A stretch of 64,000 bases of DNA. It comes from Phycisphaerales bacterium. GTDB taxonomy: Bacteria; Planctomycetota; Phycisphaerae; Phycisphaerales; UBA1924. Position 1 is the stretch's first letter, and each line of letters begins with the position of its first letter. The position numbers and the translations under genes are program-made. Below are positions 49,411 to 57,124 of the stretch, one piece after another. The notes beneath the pieces were generated by a model. That model was not told where the DNA came from. It did not search any database and worked only from the letters and a program-made list of their open reading frames with translations. The DNA lies in assembly GCA_965227775.1 (NCBI GenBank), contig OZ245777.1, positions 1,472,001 through 1,536,000 on the forward strand, read 5' to 3'.

Positions 49411-49463
49411 CGTCGAACGTCGGCGCACCGCCGACTCCGATCACTCCCAACTCCAGCTTCAGC

Positions 49464-50138
49464 TCACGCCGCGTCGCTCTCGGGCGCGGTCACGAGCTGG
49501 CCCTGCCCGTTGCCCACGAACACGAAGTGGGCGGTGCTCTGCGCGCCGGCGGTCTGCTGGCCGCCCTTGAGGGCGCTGACGCGGTACGTCGCCGTCGCGG
49601 TCCCGGTCGGGATGTTGGTGTCGACGAAGCGTCGCTCGCTCACGGTGGCGATGCGGGCGAAGCCCGTCGGCTGGCCGGTGCCGCTCCACGTCTGGCGATC
49701 GACGAGGTAGGTCGTGCCGGGGATGGTCAGGCCGTCCCAGCGCACTTCGAGGGCCCCGTTCTCGACCAGGTCGAACGTCACGTTGCTGGGGTTGACGGGC
49801 GCCCGCGGCTCGGGCTGCTTGGGCTCGGGGATCTGCGCGGTCGCGAAGACGGCCGGATCGCCGGTCGCCAGGCCGAAGGCCCGGATGATCTTGATCATCT
49901 GGGCACCGAACGTGTCCATGGCGTCGAAGGCGGCGTCCTGGGTGACGGTCGCGCTCTTGGCGGCGTTGCGCGCGGCCTGCGCATCGTCGTACGCGGTGCG
50001 CGTGCCGGTGACGAGGTTCTGCAGCTGCGTTGCCTGCTCGGTCGTCAGGCCGATGGTGGTCGCGTTGGTGACCCACCCGGGGGCGCGCTGCTCGTAGAAC
50101 TCGAGGCGTTGCAACAGCTTCTGCGGTGTGATCGACAT
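49464..50138 (-). CDS. Hypothetical protein: N-terminal helical/coiled region plus C-terminal fibronectin type III-like domain
   Basis: AAGGA SD then MSITPQK...; Ala-rich helix (AYDDAQAARNAAKSAT); FN3-like PVNPSNV...LEVRWDG...TYLVDR...FVDTNIP..TATYRVSA; strong high-GC3 codon usage; ends ESDAA*. Confidence 0.85.
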   Translation of the reverse strand: MSITPQKLLQRLEFYEQRAPGWVTNATTIGLTTEQATQLQNLVTGTRTAYDDAQAARNAAKSATVTQDAAFDAMDTFGAQMIKIIRAFGLATGDPAVFATAQIPEPKQPEPRAPVNPSNVTFDLVENGALEVRWDGLTIPGTTYLVDRQTWSGTGQPTGFARIATVSERRFVDTNIPTGTATATYRVSALKGGQQTAGAQSTAHFVFVGNGQGQLVTAPESDAA

Positions 50139-50333
50139 GATTCCATCCTTGTGTTGGTTCGTCCGCCGGTGCGCGTCGTGCGCGCCGGCCCATCCGTGTT
50201 GCGGGCGGCGCACCGTGCGCCGCCCGACCGACCATGTCATCGAGCGTCCGGGAACGCGACTTTGGTCCGATTTGCAAGAATCGGGAGAGTGTTCCCGGCC
50301 GTTGTTCGCGCGCGGCTCGGCCGCGCCGGCGCA

Positions 50334-50648
50334 GCGCATCACATTTCGAAGGAACGCTCACCGACGTGCGCAGGACGTGCGCACAATGCGTCCGAGAACG
50401 GCCGCAAGGTCCGCGTAACCGAAAACGAGAATCGTTCTCGTGCACACACGAGCGGTCCCAGAGTGCACACGAACGCTCCGTTCGTGCACATAATCGTCCC
50501 GATTGCACGCAGGAACCCCCGTCTTACGCACGAAAAGCACCACCGTGTGCACGAGTGCCGCAGCGATGGACACGATGATGCCGCGTACGTGCAGGGCCGG
50601 GATGCTGGTGCGGATGCGATGGAAGCTCTCTGGCACGATTGGCCCCCT
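50334..50648. repeat. Highly degenerate array of about 15 phased 21-bp units (core CAC at positions 7-9)
   Basis: With units starting at 50334+21n, CAC occurs at positions 7-9 in 9 of 15 units and a 1-mismatch variant (CGC, AAC, CGC, CAG) in 4 more. Confidence 0.75.
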
Positions 50649-50750
50649 CCATGCGTTGCAAGGCCGGCCGCCAATGCCGCTCAGAGGGCGGACGCGGTCC
50701 GAGAACCACTCTCGTCCTTGGTGATCGCCAGGCCAGGGCAGCGTTCTCCC

Positions 50751-50779
50751 TTGACACTTCGTGGGTATTCCGGTAACTT
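50751..50779 (+). promoter_or_regulatory. Sigma70-type promoter of the LVIVD-dockerin gene
   Basis: TTGACA-N17-TAACTT, with CGG just before the -10 box. Confidence 0.65.
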
Positions 50780-50821
50780 CTCGATCAGACCCTGCGCACC
50801 GCGGGGCTGAGGAGAGCAGGC

Positions 50822-52861
50822 ATGGGTGTGATGAAGCGACTGGGCACCGCGAGCGTCGCGCTCTTGGCGAGCGCCACGCTCTGGGCACAAGACTGTGAGT
50901 TCGACGCGCTCAATTCCCTGGAAGGGAGCGCCCAAGACGTCGTGATCCGGGACGGCATCGCGTACATCGCGATGAGCCAGGGCGGCCTGCACATCGTCGA
51001 TGCGTCGGTCCCATCGGCGCCGCGGCTGCTCTCGATCGTGAACACGGAACAGCTCAGCAGCCTTGATGTGTCGGGCGACCTCGTTGTCCTCGCGGATCCC
51101 TTCGACGGCATGTACGTGATTGACGTTGAAGATCCGACCAGTCCGGAAGTACTGTCGTTGGTTGACCTTCCCGAGTTCTCTTCGAATGTCACCATTGTGG
51201 GCGATCTTGTCTACGTGGCTGCGAATACAAGAGGCTTGCAGATCCAGAGCATTGCCGACCCTCGCAATCCGGTCGTGGTTGGGTCGCTCTCGTTCTCCGG
51301 GCAAGCCCGTGATGTTCAGGTCCGCGGTGGCATCGCCTACGTCGCAAATGGAATTTCCGGATTCCGCACCATTGACGTTCGTAATCCAAGCGCCCCGCAG
51401 TTGATCGCCTTGTTGGATACCCCCGATTTCGCGAGGGACGTGGCGATCGACGGCGACTATGCCTACGTCGCCGATGAGGACAGCGGTGTCTTGGTTATAG
51501 ACATCAGCGATGCCGCGTCGCCTTCGATCGTTGGCCAGCTCGAGACGCCGCAGTCCATTTATGGCGTCTCGGTGATCGGCGACCGGCTGTACGCCGGCGA
51601 ACGGTCCTCCGCCTTCGTCTCGATGCTGCGCATCGCCGACATCTCCGACCCCACCAGTCCCACTGATCTGGGCGCGGCCGATATGCCGGACGTCACCACG
51701 GATCTCGATGTCGAGGGAACGCTGGCGTGCGTGGCCAATCGTTGTGCGGGCGTGCAGTTCGTGGACGTATCGAACGTCCTCAGCCCCACCATCGTCGGGT
51801 CGCACATCACGCCCGACGAGGCGTACGGCGTGGCGCTTTCGGGCTCGGCCGCCTACGTCGTCAGCGAGACATGCGCAGACGGGTCAACGGAGGGCACGTT
51901 CTACACCATCAACCTCGATCGTCCGGAGATGCCCCTCACGGTCGGCTCGGTCGCGCTGCCCGGGCAGCTGCGCGCCGTGGCCTCGTTCGGAACCAACGCC
52001 ATCGTGGCCGCCGGCACGTCCGGCGTGGTCGTGGTGGACGCGTCGGATCTGGAAGCCCCTTCGCCGATCGGCCTGCTCGACACGCCCGGCGAGGCCCAGG
52101 ACCTCGAGGTCGTCGGTACGCTCGCGGCTGTCGCGGACGGCTCCTCGGGCCTGCAGCTCATCGATGTCTCCGACCCAAGCCGACCGTCGATCGTTGGCTC
52201 CATTCTGACCGCCGACGAGGCGATCAACATTGCGGTCCTTGGCAATCTCGCGTTCGTTGCCATGGACGACGCCGGCGTAGAGGTCATCGATATCTCCGAT
52301 CCGAGCTCGCCGGCATCCCTTTCGGTCTTCGATACCCCAGGCCGCGCGCAGGACGTCGCGGCCGAGCCAGGCGTCCTGTACATCGCCAACAGGTTTTCTG
52401 AGAACCTTGTGATCGTGGACACGACCAACCCCGCAGACCCGGTGGAACTTGCCAGCCTCGACTTGCCCGGCGAGGCGACACGCGTGGTAATCGAGGACGG
52501 CACGGCCCGCGTGGGCGCTCGCTTCAGTGGCGTGCATGTTGTGGACGTGCGTGATCCGAGTGCACCAGTCTTGCTCGGTACGAGTCGGCCCAGGGGCTTC
52601 GAAGAAACTACAGCCATAGCCTCAGCGGGAACCCTGACCGTGGTTGCTGACGATTCTTTCGGCTTTCGGGTCTTCGACGTGTCGCCGTGCGCGTGTCCGG
52701 TCGACCTCGACGGCGACGGCGCCCTCACCATCTTCGACTTCCTCGCCTTCGGTAACCTCTTCGACCTCATGGACCCCCGCGTCGACTTCGACGGCGACGG
52801 CGAGTTCACCATCTTCGACTTCCTCGCCTTCCAGAACGCCTTTGACGCCGGCTGCCCGTAG
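50822..52861 (+). CDS. Secreted LVIVD-repeat protein with C-terminal GC-type dockerin domain
   Basis: About 13 repeats such as ARDVAIDGDYAYVADEDSGVLVIDISDAASPSIVG; C-terminal CPVDLDGDGALTIFDFLAF...FDAGCP. Confidence 0.9.
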   Translation: MGVMKRLGTASVALLASATLWAQDCEFDALNSLEGSAQDVVIRDGIAYIAMSQGGLHIVDASVPSAPRLLSIVNTEQLSSLDVSGDLVVLADPFDGMYVIDVEDPTSPEVLSLVDLPEFSSNVTIVGDLVYVAANTRGLQIQSIADPRNPVVVGSLSFSGQARDVQVRGGIAYVANGISGFRTIDVRNPSAPQLIALLDTPDFARDVAIDGDYAYVADEDSGVLVIDISDAASPSIVGQLETPQSIYGVSVIGDRLYAGERSSAFVSMLRIADISDPTSPTDLGAADMPDVTTDLDVEGTLACVANRCAGVQFVDVSNVLSPTIVGSHITPDEAYGVALSGSAAYVVSETCADGSTEGTFYTINLDRPEMPLTVGSVALPGQLRAVASFGTNAIVAAGTSGVVVVDASDLEAPSPIGLLDTPGEAQDLEVVGTLAAVADGSSGLQLIDVSDPSRPSIVGSILTADEAINIAVLGNLAFVAMDDAGVEVIDISDPSSPASLSVFDTPGRAQDVAAEPGVLYIANRFSENLVIVDTTNPADPVELASLDLPGEATRVVIEDGTARVGARFSGVHVVDVRDPSAPVLLGTSRPRGFEETTAIASAGTLTVVADDSFGFRVFDVSPCACPVDLDGDGALTIFDFLAFGNLFDLMDPRVDFDGDGEFTIFDFLAFQNAFDAGCP

Positions 52862-52893
52862 GGCGGACGGGGCGCCTGCGACACCGCCCCTCA

Positions 52894-52963
52894 TTCTCGG
52901 ACGCGCGATCGTCTTGCGGTGGCACCGTGCTTTCGGTATCCTGTGGGCGAGAGGAGTCCCGAG
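52894..52963 (+). promoter_or_regulatory. Conserved promoter/RBS cassette, copy 1
   Basis: TTCTCGGACGCGCGATCGTC-TTGCGG-N17-TATCCT...GAGAGGAG..CCGAG-ATG. Confidence 0.75.
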
Positions 52964-54115
52964 ATGCCCACACACCGACTCGCCGTGGCCGCGATGGCCA
53001 TTCTGCCCATGATCGCGATCGCCCCGCCCTCGATGGCCCAAGACTGCGACCCCACCGACCTCTTCGCGCCCCAGGTGACCTACACCGCGCCCTTCACCGT
53101 TCGGAGCATCGCGATCGGCGACCTGGACGGCGACGGCGACAACGACCTGGCCGTGGCGGCTGGCGACGATGGCGTATGGATCTTCCTGAATAACGGCGAT
53201 GGGGCGTTCGCCCCCGGGGTGCAGTTCAGGACGGGCATCGGGGCGGGTTCCGTTGTGCTCGGCGACCTCGACGGCGACGGGGACAACGACCTGGCCATGG
53301 TGAACTTCTTCAGCGACGACGTGAGCGTGCTGCTCAATGCCGGCGATGGCACGTCCTTCACCGCTGCGCGATACGGCGTCTTCGATCGACCGCGCTATCT
53401 GGCGCTCGGGGATCTGGACGGCGACGGAGACCCCGATCTTGCCTTGACGAACGAAGTGAGCGACAACACCGGCGTGCTGCTCAACAACGGCGACGGCACC
53501 TTTGGCCCCCTCATGGACGTGGGCTCGGGCGGCTTCTCGGGCGGCCTGGCGCTCGGCGACCTGGACGGCGACGGCGACAACGACCTGGCCGTGGCGAACT
53601 TCGTCATCAGCAACGACATCAGCGTGCTCATGAACAACGGCGACGGCACGTTCGCCGACGATGTGTTGTACGACGTGGGCGAGGCCCCGAACGCCGTGGC
53701 AATCGGCGACATGAACGGCGACGGTGCGCCCGATCTGGCGGTGTCGAACCAGGGCGACGAGAGCGTGAGCGTGCTGCTGAACGACGGCGCCGGTGGCTTT
53801 GGCCTCGAATCACAGTACAGCGTTGGCCGGGTCCCCTTTGGCGTGGCCATCGGCGACCTCGACCGTGACGGCGATCTCGATCTGGCCGTACCAAACCAGA
53901 GCAGCGGCAACCTCAGCGTGCTCCTCAACCGGTGCGGCCCCTTTGCCTGCGATGCCGACCTCGACGACGACGGCGAGCTGACGATCTTCGACTTCCTCGC
54001 GTTCCAGAACCTCTTCGATCTCATGGACCCGCTGGCCGACTTCGATGACGACGACGAGTTCACCATCTTCGACTTCCTCGCCTTCCAGAACGCCTTCGAC
54101 GCCGGCTGCCCGTAG
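52964..54115 (+). CDS. Secreted FG-GAP/VCBS repeat protein with GC-type dockerin domain
   Basis: Signal peptide; six GDLDGDGDxDL...SVLLNNGDGTF repeats; C-terminal dockerin ending FDAGCP. Confidence 0.9.
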   Translation: MPTHRLAVAAMAILPMIAIAPPSMAQDCDPTDLFAPQVTYTAPFTVRSIAIGDLDGDGDNDLAVAAGDDGVWIFLNNGDGAFAPGVQFRTGIGAGSVVLGDLDGDGDNDLAMVNFFSDDVSVLLNAGDGTSFTAARYGVFDRPRYLALGDLDGDGDPDLALTNEVSDNTGVLLNNGDGTFGPLMDVGSGGFSGGLALGDLDGDGDNDLAVANFVISNDISVLMNNGDGTFADDVLYDVGEAPNAVAIGDMNGDGAPDLAVSNQGDESVSVLLNDGAGGFGLESQYSVGRVPFGVAIGDLDRDGDLDLAVPNQSSGNLSVLLNRCGPFACDADLDDDGELTIFDFLAFQNLFDLMDPLADFDDDDEFTIFDFLAFQNAFDAGCP

Positions 54116-54140
54116 TGCAACAAGCGTTCGCGAACACGTG

Positions 54141-54196
54141 ATCGCCTTGCGTCGAGGGGCAATTCTCGGTATGCTGTGACCGAGAGGAGCCCCGAG
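54141..54196 (+). promoter_or_regulatory. Conserved promoter/RBS cassette, copy 2
   Basis: ATCGCC-TTGCGT-N17-TATGCT...GAGAGGAG.CCCGAG-ATG. Confidence 0.75.
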
Positions 54197-55477
54197 ATGC
54201 CCACCGCCCGCCTTGCCGTCTTCGTGATGGTCGCTACCGCCCTGCCTGCGACCGCCCTCGCCCAGACCTGCGACCCCGGTGCGATCCTCTCGCCCCAGGC
54301 GGCCTACGACGCCGGCGAGCGGCCACAATCGGTGGCGACGGGGGATCTCGATGGCGACGGCGATGCCGATCTGGTCGTGGTTGGCCAGACCGCACGCGAG
54401 GTCAGTGTGCTGTTGAACGACGGCGGCGGTGCCTTCGCCATCGATGCCCGGTATCGTGTGGATGGCTTCCCGAACACGGCGGCGGTCGGCGATGTGGATG
54501 GCGATCGTGACTTGGACATCGTGGCTGTCAGTTCGGCCACCGGCGACGTCCGCGTGCTGTTGAACACGGGCGATGGCACGTTCACGCCAGGTGGGATGTT
54601 CGCGGTTGGTGACGCGCCCGAATGGGTGGCCATAGGCGACCTGGACGGGGACGGAGACAACGACGTTGTGACGGGAAACATCTTCAGCGCCGACATCAGC
54701 GTGCTCCTGAACAACGGTGACGGCACGTTCACACCCGAGATGCGGTATGACCCGCGCAACGGCGTCGCGTTCGTCGCGATCGGAGATCTCGACGGCGACG
54801 GCGACAGCGATCTGGTCGCTGCGACGTTTCGGGCAACGGTGCTGCTCAACTCGGGCGACGGATCGTTTACGTTTGACGGCGCCTACGGCTCGGGCTCGCA
54901 GCTGGTGTCCGTGGCAATCGGTGATCTTGACGGCGATGGTGACGCCGACATTGTTGGTGCCAACCAGGACAGCAACGACGTCAGCGTGCTGCTCAACAGG
55001 GGCGATGGCACGTTCGGGCCCGACACGCTGTACGACGTCGGCTTCTTCCCGGTGTCCGTGGCGATCGACGATCTCGACGGCGATGGCGACGCCGATCTCG
55101 CGGTGGCCAATCGTTTCGACGACAGCATCAGTGTGCTGGCGAACAACGGTGACGGTACGTTCGCGGATGAAGTCCGGTATGCCACGGCCGACTCGCCACT
55201 CGTGGTGGCCATCGAGGATGTTGATGGCGATGGTAAGGCCGACGTTGTCACGGCCAACTACATCAGTCAGGATGTCAGCGTGCTTCTCAATGCCTGCGGC
55301 CCTGCCGACTGTGGCGCCGACCTTGATGGCGACGGCGAGCTGACGCTCTTGGACTTCTTGAAATTCCAGAACCTGTTTGCCTTGGGCGATTCGGCGGCCG
55401 ACTTCGACGGCGACGGCACGCTCACGCTGTTCGACTTCCTGGGCTTCAGCAACGCCTTCGACGCCGGCTGCCCGTAG
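54197..55477 (+). CDS. Secreted FG-GAP/VCBS repeat protein with GC-type dockerin domain
   Basis: Signal peptide; seven GDLDGDG-type repeats; C-terminal dockerin ending FDAGCP. Confidence 0.9.
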   Translation: MPTARLAVFVMVATALPATALAQTCDPGAILSPQAAYDAGERPQSVATGDLDGDGDADLVVVGQTAREVSVLLNDGGGAFAIDARYRVDGFPNTAAVGDVDGDRDLDIVAVSSATGDVRVLLNTGDGTFTPGGMFAVGDAPEWVAIGDLDGDGDNDVVTGNIFSADISVLLNNGDGTFTPEMRYDPRNGVAFVAIGDLDGDGDSDLVAATFRATVLLNSGDGSFTFDGAYGSGSQLVSVAIGDLDGDGDADIVGANQDSNDVSVLLNRGDGTFGPDTLYDVGFFPVSVAIDDLDGDGDADLAVANRFDDSISVLANNGDGTFADEVRYATADSPLVVAIEDVDGDGKADVVTANYISQDVSVLLNACGPADCGADLDGDGELTLLDFLKFQNLFALGDSAADFDGDGTLTLFDFLGFSNAFDAGCP

Positions 55478-55509
55478 CGCGGTCGGGGCGTTCCCTGCGT
55501 TGGCGTTCG

Positions 55510-55579
55510 TTCTCGGACGCGCCATCGCCTTGCGTTGGCGTCGGGCCTCCGGTATGCTGCCGCCGAGAGGAGTCCGAAG
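55510..55579 (+). promoter_or_regulatory. Conserved promoter/RBS cassette, copy 3
   Basis: TTCTCGGACGCGCCATCGCC-TTGCGT-N17-TATGCT...GAGAGGAG.CCGAAG-ATG. Confidence 0.75.
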
Positions 55580-57109
55580 ATGTCAACGACCCGACTCGCA
55601 TTCCGCCTCGTGGCCGCCGCACTGGCACCGGCCCTCGCGCTGTCCACCATCGTTCCCGCGGTTGCGCTCGCCCAGCCCTGCGACCCGACACAGCTCTTCA
55701 CGCCCCCGGTGCCCTACGGCGTCGGCGGGCTCCCGCTTGCGGTGGCGATGGGCGACCTGGACGGCGACGGCGATCACGACCTCGTGGTGGTAAACACCGC
55801 AAACGACGACATCAGCGTCCTGCTCAACGACGGCACCGGCGCCCTCGCGCTCGAGGTGCGCTACGCCGCGGGCAGCGAGCCCGTGGCCGTGGCGATCGCC
55901 GACCTGGACGGCGACGGCGACAACGACCTGGTCGTCGCCAACAGCACCGGCGACGACGTCAGCGTCCTGCTCAACAACGGCGACGCGACCTTCGCGCCAG
56001 GTGTGCCCTACAGCCTCACAGATCGTCCAACGTCCATCGTTCTTGGCGACCTGGACGGCGACGGCGACACCGACCTCGCCGCCGCGGTCGATGGAATCGG
56101 CGGAGGCGTCGTCGGCGTGCTGCTCAACAACGGGGACGCCACGTTCGCACCCCAGGTGTCCTACGCGGTGGGCCAGCTGCCCGAAGCCATCGCGCTCGGC
56201 GATCTGGACGGCGATGGCGATAGTGATCTCGCCGTGGTGAACCTGATCGACGATACCGTCACCGTGCTGGTGAATGGTGGCGATGCCACGTTTCTGACCA
56301 GCACGCTGCTCAACGTGGGTGACCAACCCAACGCCGTAGCACTTGGTGACCTGGACGGTGACGGAGACCACGACCTGGTCGTCGCCAACTTCAGCGACGA
56401 CGACGTAAGCGTGCTGCTCAACAACGGCGACGCGACCTTCGCGCCCGGTGTGCGCTACCCCGTGGGCAGGCTGCCCGTCGCGGTTGCGATTGGCGACCTG
56501 GACGGCGACGGCGACCACGACCTAGTTGTCGCCAAAACCGCCAGCCTAGGTGGAGCCAACGACATCAGCGTGCTGCTCAACAACGGCGACGCGACCCTCG
56601 CGTCCGACGTGCGCTATGCCGCGGGCGAGAGCCCATCGTCCATAGCACTCGGCGATTTGAACGGCGACGGCAACCACGACCTCGCCGTCACGAATGCCGG
56701 CAGCGACGAGCTGAGCCTGCTGCGAAACCGGTGCGTGGCGTTGCCGCCGCGGATCACCACGCAACCCGGGCCGTTCGTGCTGCTGCCTCCCGGTGGCGGC
56801 GTGGCCGAGCTGCGCGTGGTCGCGGCCGGCACCGAGCCGTTGACCTACCGGTGGTTCCGCAATCGCCAGCCGCTCGCCGACGGCGGCGGCGTCTCGGGCG
56901 CGACCACGCCCGTCCTGACCATCAACGCCACGGTCGAGGACACCGCGACGTACGGCGTGCGGGTCACCAATGCCCTCGGGAGCGTGTTCAGCAATGAGGC
57001 GCTCATTGCCGTCGAGGTACCGTGCCGGGCCGACTTCGACGGCGACGGCACGCTCACGCTGTTCGACTTCCTGGGCTTCAGCAACGCCTTCGACACCGGC
57101 TGCCCGTAG
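55580..57109 (+). CDS. Secreted FG-GAP/VCBS repeat protein with Ig-like domain and half (single-repeat) GC-type dockerin
   Basis: Seven GDLDGDG repeats; Ig domain PRITTQP...LTYRWFRN...GATTPVLTI...YGVRVTN; ends CRADFDGDGTLTLFDFLGFSNAFDTGCP. Confidence 0.9.
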   Translation: MSTTRLAFRLVAAALAPALALSTIVPAVALAQPCDPTQLFTPPVPYGVGGLPLAVAMGDLDGDGDHDLVVVNTANDDISVLLNDGTGALALEVRYAAGSEPVAVAIADLDGDGDNDLVVANSTGDDVSVLLNNGDATFAPGVPYSLTDRPTSIVLGDLDGDGDTDLAAAVDGIGGGVVGVLLNNGDATFAPQVSYAVGQLPEAIALGDLDGDGDSDLAVVNLIDDTVTVLVNGGDATFLTSTLLNVGDQPNAVALGDLDGDGDHDLVVANFSDDDVSVLLNNGDATFAPGVRYPVGRLPVAVAIGDLDGDGDHDLVVAKTASLGGANDISVLLNNGDATLASDVRYAAGESPSSIALGDLNGDGNHDLAVTNAGSDELSLLRNRCVALPPRITTQPGPFVLLPPGGGVAELRVVAAGTEPLTYRWFRNRQPLADGGGVSGATTPVLTINATVEDTATYGVRVTNALGSVFSNEALIAVEVPCRADFDGDGTLTLFDFLGFSNAFDTGCP

Positions 57110-57124
57110 CACGATCGAATTCGA

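Noticed and set aside
50334..50648. 21-bp periodic region as a CRISPR array
   Set aside because: The period is too short, there is no conserved 23-47-bp repeat, and there are no cas genes.
49218..50810. 530-aa plus-strand ORF spanning the FN3-like gene and the array
   Set aside because: Mostly antisense to the better-supported 49464-50138 gene; Arg-rich, non-protein-like composition. Its heptad part is treated under the array finding.
52862..55579. Intergenic repeats as integron attC sites
   Set aside because: No RYYYAAC...GTTRRRY cores or long palindromes and no integrase; the conserved parts match -35/-10/SD elements.
55396..57110. 83-bp near-identical pair as a DGR template/variable repeat
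   Set aside because: Only one mismatch, both copies are coding 3' ends, and no reverse transcriptase or Avd gene is in the window.
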